64,000 bases of DNA from the NCBI GenBank assembly GCA_944387555.1, contig CALXFH010000002.1, forward strand, positions 12,041 to 76,040, in the 5' to 3' direction. This document shows positions 47,319-57,636 of the stretch, one piece after another (position 1 is the stretch's first letter; every line of letters begins with the position of its first letter). Both the position numbers and the translations under genes were made by a program. Source of the stretch: an uncultured Clostridia bacterium (GTDB taxonomy: Bacteria > Bacillota > Clostridia > TANB77 > CAG-508). The notes beneath the pieces are model-generated. The model made no database searches. It was not told the DNA's origin and saw nothing but the letters and a program-made list of their open reading frames with translations.

Positions 47319-48191
47319 CTATTTCTTTAAATATTCTTTAATAAACTTCTTATCCACTTTTGTTAATTCATCTCTCAAATATATTAGATTAAGTTTTACA
47401 CTTGGCAATTCTATTGGAAGGTTTACTTCGTATAGTTCTCCATTATCTAATTCCTTTTTTACAGCTTCTCTAATAACATAAGCTATCCCCATATTTCTTT
47501 TTACTGCTTCCACTCTTAATTCAGTTGCATCGCATATTAAATTTGATTTAATATTTACGTCATATTTTTGTAATATTTCTCTTAATTTTTTACTTGTTCT
47601 TGTATTTTCAATATTTAAAATGCAATTCAAACTTTCTATTTCTTTTATATCGGATATAACCAAAGGTGTTCGTGAAACAAATATATTATTAATAGTTACT
47701 AACTCTTCAATTTTAACATCATTTTTTTCTATCAATGCATCTGTTATAGCAAAATCTATCTTGTGATCTTGAAGTAGCTCAAATATCTTATCTTCATCTA
47801 TTTCACATATTATTGTTATTTTAAGATTAGGATAATCCTTTTTTACTTTCTCTATTTTTTCCATTAAAAAATAAGTTGCAAAATGTGATGGACATCCAAT
47901 TCTTATTTTTCCACTTGAAATATCATTTTTGTCTTTTGCCATTTTTTCTGCAAAGTCAAAACTAGAAATTGATTTATTCACAATTTCATACAATTCTTTG
48001 CCATTTTCTGTTAATGTTATACCTTTATTTTCTCTATTGAATAATTTTAAATTTAACTGTTCTTCTAAATTAGTTATCTGTACACTAATATTAGGAACAG
48101 ATAAATTTAATTTTTCTGCTGCTTCTGAGTAGCTCTTTGACTGTGCTACCTTACAAAATATTCTATATAAATTCAAATTTATATTAGACAT
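47319..48191 (-). CDS. LysR-family transcriptional regulator
   Basis: N-terminal wHTH YRIFCKVAQSKSYSEAAEKLNLSVPNISVQITNLEEQL plus a substrate-binding domain. Confidence 0.85.
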   Translation of the reverse strand: MSNINLNLYRIFCKVAQSKSYSEAAEKLNLSVPNISVQITNLEEQLNLKLFNRENKGITLTENGKELYEIVNKSISSFDFAEKMAKDKNDISSGKIRIGCPSHFATYFLMEKIEKVKKDYPNLKITIICEIDEDKIFELLQDHKIDFAITDALIEKNDVKIEELVTINNIFVSRTPLVISDIKEIESLNCILNIENTRTSKKLREILQKYDVNIKSNLICDATELRVEAVKRNMGIAYVIREAVKKELDNGELYEVNLPIELPSVKLNLIYLRDELTKVDKKFIKEYLKK

Positions 48192-48203
48192 ACGATTTCA
48201 CTC

Positions 48204-48794
48204 CTACAAAATCTTTTTTATTTTTATTTCAGCTTTTTTTACAAAATAATCATCTGTATTTATTGGAATTTGTAATTTATTTATTTTCTCTTTTAATTTA
48301 TCTATTGTATCTAATTCTATGTTATCTTCTACTGTCTCTACTTCAATTAAATTATCACTATTTTCAACATTTTTTATAACTAACTTTAATCCATCTTTAC
48401 AGTATACTACTGCTTCTTCTTTTATCGTCATTAATTCTTTATATCCAAGTTCTTTTAGAAAGTTTTTTCCTTCATTAATATCTTTAATTTCACAATCACT
48501 TTTACTCTGACTAACTATTGTCCCATCAGACGCTATTTTTTTATTTTTTAATGTTAATTTAACTACATTATAACTTTTTATAAAATCGTCAGGTAAAAAT
48601 TGAATGACCTTTCTAATTAATATATATTTTTCTAATATTTTTTTTATAGATTGTTTATTTACATCAACATTTTTTGGAATATAATATATATCTTCTAAAT
48701 TGTATTTATCAATCAACACAAAACCCTTGTTCTCTAGAATATTATACATTTCTTTTAGTGAACAATCTATTCTAACTGTTATTTCATTAGTCAA
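48204..48794 (-). CDS. CYTH-domain protein (class IV adenylyl cyclase / triphosphatase-like)
   Basis: Pattern EITVRI...Q(L)EDIYY...LIRKV...KLTLK...E.EI...LGY......K....Y......V..V....LIEVE resembles the CyaB/CYTH fold. Confidence 0.4.
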   Translation of the reverse strand: MTNEITVRIDCSLKEMYNILENKGFVLIDKYNLEDIYYIPKNVDVNKQSIKKILEKYILIRKVIQFLPDDFIKSYNVVKLTLKNKKIASDGTIVSQSKSDCEIKDINEGKNFLKELGYKELMTIKEEAVVYCKDGLKLVIKNVENSDNLIEVETVEDNIELDTIDKLKEKINKLQIPINTDDYFVKKAEIKIKKIL

Positions 48795-48880
48795 TTAAAG
48801 ATTTCTCCTTTACAAATATTTCCTATTAATTATACCATATTATGTAGACAATGTAAAGTTTTTCTTATCTTTTGTCGCTT

Positions 48881-49213
48881 TTAATCTTCAAATATTTTTT
48901 TACTATAATATTTATAATATTTTTGATCTAAATTTTCTAACTTATCTATTATATAATAATAATCTTTCTTACTTACTTTAGTAAATTTTAGTATTTTAGC
49001 ATATTTTAATTCTTCTTTAGTCATATCTTTGCTTCTATAATATCTTAATACTTTCATTCTTATTATTTCAAATTCACTTTCAGTATAAACTTTATTTTTT
49101 TCTATTTTTATTCCTAGCTTTTTTAATATATTTATATCTTTTTCATTTAATTCATCGTATAAATTTATTATTTTTTTTGTAGTATATTCTTCATACCATT
49201 CCTTAAATCCCAT
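48881..49213 (-). CDS. hypothetical protein
   Basis: 110-aa ORF, no family recognised. Confidence 0.35.
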   Translation of the reverse strand: MGFKEWYEEYTTKKIINLYDELNEKDINILKKLGIKIEKNKVYTESEFEIIRMKVLRYYRSKDMTKEELKYAKILKFTKVSKKDYYYIIDKLENLDQKYYKYYSKKIFED

Positions 49214-49368
49214 ATTATCTTCTCCTAACTATTCTATTTTTAAGCAATTAAATTATTATATATAATACACCTTATTTTGTTTTATTTTACTCATTATTTT
49301 TAGACTATAATTATAGCCTAAATAAATAAAAAAAATTGTTATATTTATATTATAAGGAAGTGTTAAAA

Positions 49369-49626
49369 ATGTTATTGGCTGAAGCTATACAAATAAGAAT
49401 TAATTATTTATTATAAAAAAAAGGATTGTCGACATTATGGGATTTATACAAATGTTCTGGCGTTCCAAAGTCTACTATCAATGCTTTGTTTTCTACTAAA
49501 AAAAATTCTTTACCTCGATTATCCACTCTTTTACACATTTGCGAAGGTTTAGATACTAATCTAAAAGAATTCTTTAATGATGATATGTTCTTAGAAGTAG
49601 AAGATTATTCAGAAGATAAAAAGTAA
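49369..49626 (+). pseudogene. XRE-family HTH gene interrupted by an in-frame TAA (49414-49416)
   Basis: ATG 49369 after AAGGAAG. MLLAEAIQIRINYLL-stop-KKGLSTLWDLYKCSGVPKSTINALF... is a single frame encoding a typical XRE HTH. Confidence 0.55.
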
Positions 49627-49829
49627 TTTCTTTTGAATAATCTTCTCTTTTTTAACATTTTTCTTATCATATTATAATCTTCATCCAAAATAATATTTTT
49701 TAATATAAAAATATTAACATTTTTCCCCTTTTAAATCAATAGTTTTATTTTAATTTTGCCATAATACTAATATATGTCTGTTCTGTTTTAATAATTTTTC
49801 CTATATTCTTATAAAAAAGGAGAATTACA

Positions 49830-50186
49830 ATGAATAAAAATGACGAGTTAAAATTTATTGGTAACAATATCCAATTGGCAAGATTAAAAAGAGGACTTAC
49901 TCAAGAAACTTTAGCTGAAAAATGTAATGTATCAACTAATTATATAAGTTCTTTAGAGCGTGGTGTTACATCTGGTAGTATCCCTCTTATAATAGATATA
50001 TGTAATATTTTGAATGTTTCTCCAAATTTTATTTTTAAACATTCAATTAAGTCTGAAAAATTAGAAGATAATATAGATATAATAGATCCTGAATTACTTA
50101 TTTATTATTCTAAATTAAAAGATGAAAATAAAACTTTTGTTAATCAGACAATTATGCATTTGTATGGGATGCAAAAGAAAAGATAA
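49830..50186 (+). CDS. XRE-family HTH transcriptional regulator
   Basis: IQLARLKRGLTQETLAEKCNVSTNYISSLERG. Confidence 0.8.
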   Translation: MNKNDELKFIGNNIQLARLKRGLTQETLAEKCNVSTNYISSLERGVTSGSIPLIIDICNILNVSPNFIFKHSIKSEKLEDNIDIIDPELLIYYSKLKDENKTFVNQTIMHLYGMQKKR

Positions 50187-50347
50187 ATTTTTAATATTAA
50201 TAAATACTAGACATACTATAAATATATTTATTGCTAATTATTTAATATTAAATTATAGTATCTCTAGTATTTTATTATCTACAATTGCAATTTACTGATA
50301 TTTTGTTCCTTCCTTTTTTATTTTAAATGTTTTTGCATGATTATATT

Positions 50348-51514
50348 TTAATCTCTACTATATAAATCTCTCGTATAAACTTTATCCATTATTGGCTTTA
50401 AAATATCTTCTATTCTATTAGCAAGTATAATATCTGATTTAGAAGAAAATGTATCAAAATCATTTATTACTGTTAATTCATGAAATGTGTTATCTTTTAA
50501 TGTGGGTTCATATATGATTATTTCCACATCTTTATCCTTTAATAAATCAATAATTTCTTGAATAGCACTTGATCTAAAATCATCTGAATCAGTTTTCATT
50601 GTTAATCTATATATCCCAATTACATTCGGTTTTTTTCTCATTACCATTTCCGCTATATGTTTTTTCCTAGTTCTGTTTGATCTAACTATGGCTCTTATTA
50701 TATTTTGCGGTACATTTTCATAATTTGCAAGTAATTGTTTCGTATCTTTAGGTAAGCAATATCCACCATAGCCAAAAGATGGGTTATTGTAATACAGTCC
50801 AATTCTTGGATCTAATCCTACACCTTCTATAATATCTTTTGAATTTAATCCCCTTATTTCTGCATATGTATCTAATTCGTTAAAATATGCTATTCTTAAT
50901 GCCAAATATGTATTAGAAAACAGTTTAACTGCCTCTGCTTCTGTACTATCCATAAATTTTATAGGAATATCTTCTTTTAAAGCTCCTTCCTTTAATAAAT
51001 TAGCAAATTCTTCAGCTTTTTTACTTTTTTCTCCTATAATAATACGCGATGGATATAAGTTGTCATATAAAGCTTTTCCTTCTCTCAAAAATTCTGGTGA
51101 AAACATTATGTTGTCAATATTATATTTCTTTTTCATATCTTCTATAAATCCAACTGGAATTGTTGATTTTACTACTATCGTTGTATTTAGATTAATTCCG
51201 ATAACTTTTTGTATTATGTTTTCAACACTTGATGTATCAAAATGATTTTTTACATCATCATAATTCGTAGGTGTACTTATTACAACAAAGTCTGCTCCCT
51301 TAAAAGCCTCTTGGAAGTCTAATGTTGCTTTTAAATTTAAATCTTTTGTCATGAAATACTCTTCTATTTTTTCATCTTTAATTGGAGATATTCTTTTATT
51401 TATTTTTTCTACTTTTTCTGAGATTATATCAAATGCTATAACTTCATTATGTTGTGCAAGTAATGTTGCTATTGATAATCCTACATATCCCATTCCAGCT
51501 ACTGCTATTTTCAT
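50348..51514 (-). CDS. ugd: UDP-glucose 6-dehydrogenase
   Basis: MKIAVAGMGYVGLS Rossmann motif and GYGGYCLPKD catalytic Cys motif. Confidence 0.9.
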   Translation of the reverse strand: MKIAVAGMGYVGLSIATLLAQHNEVIAFDIISEKVEKINKRISPIKDEKIEEYFMTKDLNLKATLDFQEAFKGADFVVISTPTNYDDVKNHFDTSSVENIIQKVIGINLNTTIVVKSTIPVGFIEDMKKKYNIDNIMFSPEFLREGKALYDNLYPSRIIIGEKSKKAEEFANLLKEGALKEDIPIKFMDSTEAEAVKLFSNTYLALRIAYFNELDTYAEIRGLNSKDIIEGVGLDPRIGLYYNNPSFGYGGYCLPKDTKQLLANYENVPQNIIRAIVRSNRTRKKHIAEMVMRKKPNVIGIYRLTMKTDSDDFRSSAIQEIIDLLKDKDVEIIIYEPTLKDNTFHELTVINDFDTFSSKSDIILANRIEDILKPIMDKVYTRDLYSRD

Positions 51515-51654
51515 TATTTATCACTCTTTCCTTTATACATTTAGAATAATTTTTATTTGCTTTTCCCATATTAAATTTACTATAGTCACATATTTATAAG
51601 ACATGTATATATTTATTATTCTTTTTCTTCTTTAAGAATATTTATTAATATGAA

Positions 51655-51713
51655 TGTTTAAAAAAATTAAAATAAAGAAATTAAAAAGAACAGTAATACT
51701 ACTTTAATTTCTT
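51655..51713 (-). terminator. intrinsic terminator of the ABC-F gene
   Basis: aagaaattaaa / tttaatttctt stem followed by a T-rich run on the minus strand. Confidence 0.5.
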
Positions 51714-51744
51714 CATATTGCTGTTCTTCATATTATCCTATATT

Positions 51745-53475
51745 TTATCTTTCCCAATCATCATCTTCTTCTCTTTGGCTTTTTTTGCCTGAATTTCTCC
51801 CTGTTTTTTTTGAATCTCCTTGTTCAGGGCCCTCATGATTTTCCCTTTCTTTTGTTCTTTTATAATCATCATAATTTCCTATATAACTTTTTACTTTTCC
51901 ACCTTTAAATTCAATTACTCTATCAGCAAATTTATTTATAAAATATCTATCATGACTTACAAATACAAGAGTCCCATCAAATTCTTCAAGAGCATCTTCT
52001 AGCACTTCTTTTGTTGAAATGTCAATATGGTTTGTCGGCTCATCAAAAATTAATGTATTTATTTCTTGTTGCAAAAGTTCTGCTAATTTTACTCTCATTC
52101 TTTCTCCTCCAGAAAGATTTCCTACTCTTTTATTAACGTCTTCTTGGTAAAATTGAAAAGCAGCTAATATTTGTCTTGTTTTTTGCTCATTTAATCCTAC
52201 TGCACTCCTAAAATAATCTAATAATTTTTGTTCTCCTTTTGGAAAATTTATTATTTGTGGTAAATAACCAATTTTTACACTTGGTCCTATTATTATATTA
52301 CCTTTAACAGGTAAGTCTTGATCACCAACAACACTTTTTACAAAAGTTGATTTTCCACTTCCGTTTGCCCCTATCAAAGCAACTCTTTCACCTGAACGTA
52401 CATTTAAATCAATATCATCAAGAATTCTTCGTCCATTTGGATCTGTAACGGTTACTCCTTCTGCAGTAATTACTCTTTTACTTGATTTTCTATCTTCACT
52501 AAAACCAATGTTCAATTTTCTTTGTTTTTTTGGTCTTGCAACAGCCATTTGCTTTAATCTATCAATTTTTCCTTGTAATGTATGAGCTCTATTAGTTAGG
52601 GTTGAACTATTAGTTGCCATTCCTCTTTCAGCAAAATATTTCTTTTCAGCTTCCAATTTTTTTATTAAAGCTTGTTGATCTTTATAATCAGCCATCTGTT
52701 TTTCAAAATCACGTTGTTTCTCTTCTAAAAATCCACTATAATTAGTTGAATATACTTTACCAGATCCATCATCTAAATCAAGAATCTTATTAGACATCCT
52801 ATCTAAAAAATATCTATCATGTGAAACTATAACAGAAGCACCTTTGAATGACTTAATATAATCTTCAAGCCATTCAATTCTTTCAATATCAAGATGATTC
52901 GTTGGCTCGTCTAATAGAAGTAAATCCGGCTTAATTAAAAGTGCTTTTGCTAATTGTACAAGTGTTTTTTCTCCACCACTTAAATCATTATAACTTTGAT
53001 CTAATATTTTGTTGTCAATTTTTAGTCCAGAAATAACCTTTTCAATATCAGAATCCATTTGATAACCGCCTTCATTACCAAACCTCTCCAACAAATCACA
53101 ATATTTTTGTAATTTTGATTCATAATCTTTATCATTTATACCATTTTCTAATTGTTCATTTAATGCATTTAATCTCTTTTCCATTTCAAAAAGTTCACCA
53201 AATGATTCTCGTAAAATGTCACTAACTTTTCTATCATCATCAATACTAGATGCTGTTTGATCAATATAAGCAACTTTAGCACCTTTTTTTATACTTACTT
53301 GTCCACCATCTGCCTTTTCGATTCCAGCAATTAATTTTAACAATGTAGATTTTCCACATCCGTTCGGACCAACTATTGAAATAGATTCTCCCTCATTAAG
53401 AGAAAACGAAACATCTTCAAAAAGTTTGCCATATCCAAAATTCTTTTCCAGTTTACTTACGTCTAAAATTATCAT
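51745..53475 (-). CDS. ABC-F family ATPase (two ABC domains, no TM; translation factor / ribosome-protection type) with a charged C-terminal tail
   Basis: GPNGCGKST and GANGSGKST Walker A motifs, two LSGGE signatures, an inter-domain linker; 576 aa. Confidence 0.85.
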   Translation of the reverse strand: MIILDVSKLEKNFGYGKLFEDVSFSLNEGESISIVGPNGCGKSTLLKLIAGIEKADGGQVSIKKGAKVAYIDQTASSIDDDRKVSDILRESFGELFEMEKRLNALNEQLENGINDKDYESKLQKYCDLLERFGNEGGYQMDSDIEKVISGLKIDNKILDQSYNDLSGGEKTLVQLAKALLIKPDLLLLDEPTNHLDIERIEWLEDYIKSFKGASVIVSHDRYFLDRMSNKILDLDDGSGKVYSTNYSGFLEEKQRDFEKQMADYKDQQALIKKLEAEKKYFAERGMATNSSTLTNRAHTLQGKIDRLKQMAVARPKKQRKLNIGFSEDRKSSKRVITAEGVTVTDPNGRRILDDIDLNVRSGERVALIGANGSGKSTFVKSVVGDQDLPVKGNIIIGPSVKIGYLPQIINFPKGEQKLLDYFRSAVGLNEQKTRQILAAFQFYQEDVNKRVGNLSGGERMRVKLAELLQQEINTLIFDEPTNHIDISTKEVLEDALEEFDGTLVFVSHDRYFINKFADRVIEFKGGKVKSYIGNYDDYKRTKERENHEGPEQGDSKKTGRNSGKKSQREEDDDWER

Positions 53476-53600
53476 ATTCTCACTTCCTTACTATATCAAT
53501 CTTTATTATAACATTTTATGTATAATTTTGTCAAACTATGTATATACTAAGCATTTTAATTCATTGGTAATTTCATTCTATAATATAATATGTAGTATTT

Positions 53601-54710
53601 CTAAATTTTCTCTAATATTTCATTAACGATTTCATTAGTTCCATTCGCATTATATGTAATTATGTTTTGTTCTTTAAAATTCATTTTTAATGTTTCTCCT
53701 ATTATAGAACTCATTTTTAGATTATAATTTACATCGTTTAAAGCGTTTTTTATATTCTGATATATTATTTCTACAACTTTCTCTTCTCCAAGTTCTATAA
53801 AATTTTTAATATACTCAAACTTTAATTCATTTTTATTCCATTCTATAACTTTGAGTTTTTTTATTAGTTTTTTAGCAAATTCTTTGTTATAAAATTGACT
53901 TAAATTTTGAGGAGGAAGAATTATTGTATTTTTATCTAATCCACAAGTTTCATAAATTGTTGTCATTCCTGGAGATGTTATAAATAAATCACAATTTTTA
54001 ATATATTTTAAAAATTCTATTTGTTTTAAAGTTTTTACTTTAATATCTTCTATATTATTCTGATTTAGTATCTTTTTTATCGCTTCATTTGCCTTTGAGC
54101 CACAAGTTACTAAAATTTGATTAGATTTATATATTTTTAATAATTCATTTAATAGCTTTACTACAACTAGCTTTATATATTCTTCTCCATCTCCATAAGG
54201 TGAGTGCATTCCTCCTAAGTTAACTACAACATTATATTTTTTAACATCGAAATCATTAAATCTAATATCAGGTATTATTGGGTTAATCCACTTAAGATTA
54301 TTTATATTCATTAATATCTTTTGAGCTCTACTATTCATATTAACACATTTTTGTGCAAAATAAATGTCAACATTAAATGGAATTAAATCAGCCTCTGTCC
54401 ACATAAAAGGTAAACTATCAATATAAAATACATTTATTCCTATTTCTTTTAAAATTATTGCCATTTCTGGATCTAGAACATCTATTGCTAATTCTATATT
54501 ATTTTTCTCTATAAATTTTTTTATCTCATTCATATCTTTTGTCCAACATATATCCTTGAATATATTTTCTTCAAATATATCTAAATCCAATTCGTCTCCA
54601 CTTGCATACCATTTAATATCATTACTTGTTTCTAAGGACTTAGAAATAATCGATGACAACTTTCCTGAAGGTCCTAATCCAAAACTAACCGCACACCCTA
54701 AAACATTCAT
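53601..54710 (-). CDS. GT-B-fold (GT1/MurG-like) glycosyltransferase-like protein
   Basis: C-terminal LFITSPGMTTIYETCGLDKNTIILPPQNLSQ resembles the GT1 nucleotide-sugar binding motif. Confidence 0.45.
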   Translation of the reverse strand: MNVLGCAVSFGLGPSGKLSSIISKSLETSNDIKWYASGDELDLDIFEENIFKDICWTKDMNEIKKFIEKNNIELAIDVLDPEMAIILKEIGINVFYIDSLPFMWTEADLIPFNVDIYFAQKCVNMNSRAQKILMNINNLKWINPIIPDIRFNDFDVKKYNVVVNLGGMHSPYGDGEEYIKLVVVKLLNELLKIYKSNQILVTCGSKANEAIKKILNQNNIEDIKVKTLKQIEFLKYIKNCDLFITSPGMTTIYETCGLDKNTIILPPQNLSQFYNKEFAKKLIKKLKVIEWNKNELKFEYIKNFIELGEEKVVEIIYQNIKNALNDVNYNLKMSSIIGETLKMNFKEQNIITYNANGTNEIVNEILEKI

Positions 54711-54712
54711 CT

Positions 54713-55888
54713 TTATAAACTCCCTTCTTCTATTAGTTGGTTTATTAGTTTACTAATACTTTCTAAATCATCATTCTTTAAAGTTGGTGGCAAACTTATA
54801 CTAATTAAATTGTTAGCTATCGTTTCTGCAAAAGTACATGCATCTTTATTTAAGTCTTGAGGAGTTAATTTTTCATTCTTCATAACTTGATGTAAATAAT
54901 ACGGTTTGTTCCACAATCTACGAATTTCAATATTACAGTCTTTAGCTTCTTTTATACAAATGTCTGCTTTTTCTTTACTGGAAGTTAAGAAAAGAATATT
55001 AATTCCTGTATCATCATCTGATATTTTATTAATTATTTTTTCTTTAACTTCATCTATTTTTATTCTTTTAAAAATGTATTCTTTATTTTTTATTTGAACT
55101 TCTTGCATCTTATTAATTTTAGATAATTGCACTCTTAAAATTGCTGACTGAATATTATTCATTCTATAATTGTCACCAATTAATGCTCCTTCTTTATCCC
55201 AAGATGGATAGTAATCTCTAACACTTCCCATATCCGCATAATTTCTAGCAATATTATAATATTCCTTTGAATTTGTTACTATAACTCCTCCTTCACCACA
55301 TGTTATTGGTTTATTTTGCTGAAAGCTAAATACTCCTAAATCACCAAATGTTCCAGAAAATTTTCCTTTGTTCTTAGTTCCCATTGCTTGGCATGCATCC
55401 TCAATAACTGAAATTCCATATTTTTCTTTTAATTTAATAATTGGTCTAATATCAAAACACTTTCCTTGTAAATGCACAACTATTATTGCTTTACATCCCT
55501 TTTTTATCTCGTTTTCTAAATCTTTTAAATTAAGACCATAGTTCAAATCAAAATCTATAGGTATTGGTATTGCACCAAGAGCAATAACAGCTGTTGCAGT
55601 AGCCAAAAAAGTATACGAACTAATAAGTATCCTATCTTTAGGTTGTACACCAATTGCTTTTAAAGCAACTTTCAAAGCTGATGTACCACTATTTACTCCT
55701 AAAGCATATTGAACTCCAAATTTATCACATATATCTTTTTCAAATAAATCTGTACAGCTTTCCTCTCCTGTTGCATATCTAAATATTTTTTCATTAAGTA
55801 TTACTTGCTTAACGGCTTCTACTTCTTGATTATCTATCATCAAGCCTCCATACTCATTTGGATTAATTATTTCTTCCATATATTTCAC
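54713..55888 (-). CDS. DegT/DnrJ/EryC1/StrS-family PLP-dependent aminotransferase
   Basis: GVNSGTSAL, VIEDACQAMG and SFQQNKPITCGEGG (PLP Lys). Confidence 0.85.
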   Translation of the reverse strand: MKYMEEIINPNEYGGLMIDNQEVEAVKQVILNEKIFRYATGEESCTDLFEKDICDKFGVQYALGVNSGTSALKVALKAIGVQPKDRILISSYTFLATATAVIALGAIPIPIDFDLNYGLNLKDLENEIKKGCKAIIVVHLQGKCFDIRPIIKLKEKYGISVIEDACQAMGTKNKGKFSGTFGDLGVFSFQQNKPITCGEGGVIVTNSKEYYNIARNYADMGSVRDYYPSWDKEGALIGDNYRMNNIQSAILRVQLSKINKMQEVQIKNKEYIFKRIKIDEVKEKIINKISDDDTGINILFLTSSKEKADICIKEAKDCNIEIRRLWNKPYYLHQVMKNEKLTPQDLNKDACTFAETIANNLISISLPPTLKNDDLESISKLINQLIEEGSL

Positions 55889-56633
55889 CTTCCACTTCTT
55901 TTATTTTCTGAATTCCTATATCATACACATTTTTATTAATTTCATATGTTATAAACTCTCTATTATTTTTTAACGCTCTTATCGCTGTTGTTGCTTGTCC
56001 CATAAATGGATCTAAAATTATATCATTCTCTTTTGAATATAATAAAATTAATTTATCTACAAGTTCTTTTGGAAAAGCTGGTGGTCTAGTATTATAGTCC
56101 CATGGAATATTCCATATACAATTAATAAGATTCGTATTAGAAAAATCCTTATTGTGTTGTTTAAAATTCTCTTTTCTTTTAAATATCAAAACATACTCAT
56201 AGTTATTTAAAATTATATTTTCCGAAGATGGATATGCTTCATGATATCTAACAACTTGATTATTAAAATAATTATCATTATATATATTCCATATAATGTT
56301 ACCTTCAATATAAAAATTATTGTTTACAAAAAATTTTTCTATATCGTGTTTAATATCAAAATAATTATTGTTGTTCTTTCTAGTTAATTCTAGAGAATTA
56401 CATATATTGATACATATAGTACCATTTTCTTTTAATGCATATATGCATCTTTTCCAAACTTTATTTAAACTTTCTATATAGTTATCATATGTTTCTGTTA
56501 TTCCAATTTGATTATCATCATTATAATCAACTAGATTAAAATATGGTGGCGAAGTTATAATTAAATCTACCATATTTTCAGTTAACTGTTCCATTTTTCT
56601 AGCATCATCATTATATGCAATATTAAATTTCAT
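55863..56633 (-). CDS. beta-class N4/N6 DNA-methyltransferase-like protein (SPPY...DPFMGQATT)
   Basis: Motif IV IITSPPYFN precedes motif I ILDPFMGQATTA. Preferred ATG 56633 after AAGGAGGAAGG. Confidence 0.7.
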   Translation of the reverse strand: MKFNIAYNDDARKMEQLTENMVDLIITSPPYFNLVDYNDDNQIGITETYDNYIESLNKVWKRCIYALKENGTICINICNSLELTRKNNNNYFDIKHDIEKFFVNNNFYIEGNIIWNIYNDNYFNNQVVRYHEAYPSSENIILNNYEYVLIFKRKENFKQHNKDFSNTNLINCIWNIPWDYNTRPPAFPKELVDKLILLYSKENDIILDPFMGQATTAIRALKNNREFITYEINKNVYDIGIQKIKEVEGEIYGRNN

Positions 56634-56649
56634 CTCTATTCCTTCCTCC

Positions 56650-57636
56650 TTAAAATAAAAATACATCCTCATCTAATAATTCAGGATTTTCTGCTAACCA
56701 TACATTAATTGGTCCACAACCTGTACATTTTTTTGAGCCAAACTCTTTTAACCAGTCAGCCATTATTTTTGCATTCTCTTCTAAACCATTTTTTGAATCA
56801 ATAGTCGTTTGAATTTCATCCAATCTATGTGCTGCACTATTACATGGAATTAATATTCCTTTTGATGGTATATAAAATCTTAATTTGTCAACTAGATAAC
56901 ATTTTCCATTTGGTCTATATAGTTTATTGTATTTTATTAAATTTATAAATTCTTCTTTATTTCTTCCGGCCCAATCTCTTGTATATCCTAATAGTTGTAT
57001 TTTGTTCTTTTCACTAACATATTTTTTAAATTCTAAATATGCCTCATAGTATTCATCAATCATATTTATATTCCAATAGTTAACAGTCGCCTTCAATGGA
57101 GTAATAACCCACTGATCAACATGTAATTCACTTAGCAATTCATACATGCTTATTAAATCAAATATATTTAGATAGCTTCCTACTGTATTTATTCTTATTT
57201 TTATATCTGGTTTATATTTTTTAATTTCCTTTATTGAAGCAATTATTTTATCATATAATCCATTTATTCCTCTAATTTTATCATGCACTTCGGATTTGCT
57301 AGAATCCAAACTAATTGTGATATGATTTAGTCCTGAATCAATTAACTCTTTATATTTATTCTTCAATAAGTACCCATTAGTTATAATTGATGTTTTATAT
57401 CCATTTATTTTACTTATCTTAATAAAATGTTTCAATTCTTTATTTAATAAGGGTTCTCCTCCAGTAAATTTAATTAACTGATATTCATTTTTTTTCATTT
57501 CTTTTATTAAATTATTAAATTCTGATTCTGTTAATTCTTTTCCATCTGTTTTTCTTGCATAATTACACATAAAACAGTTTGCGTTACAATTTTCAGTTAC
57601 TCTTATAAACATTATCTTGGGATTTTGCTTTTTCAT
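56650..57636 (-). CDS. radical SAM enzyme (MoaA/PqqE-like core)
   Basis: CNANCFMCNY cluster motif, FTGGEPLL, ITNGYLL. Confidence 0.8.
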   Translation of the reverse strand: MKKQNPKIMFIRVTENCNANCFMCNYARKTDGKELTESEFNNLIKEMKKNEYQLIKFTGGEPLLNKELKHFIKISKINGYKTSIITNGYLLKNKYKELIDSGLNHITISLDSSKSEVHDKIRGINGLYDKIIASIKEIKKYKPDIKIRINTVGSYLNIFDLISMYELLSELHVDQWVITPLKATVNYWNINMIDEYYEAYLEFKKYVSEKNKIQLLGYTRDWAGRNKEEFINLIKYNKLYRPNGKCYLVDKLRFYIPSKGILIPCNSAAHRLDEIQTTIDSKNGLEENAKIMADWLKEFGSKKCTGCGPINVWLAENPELLDEDVFLF

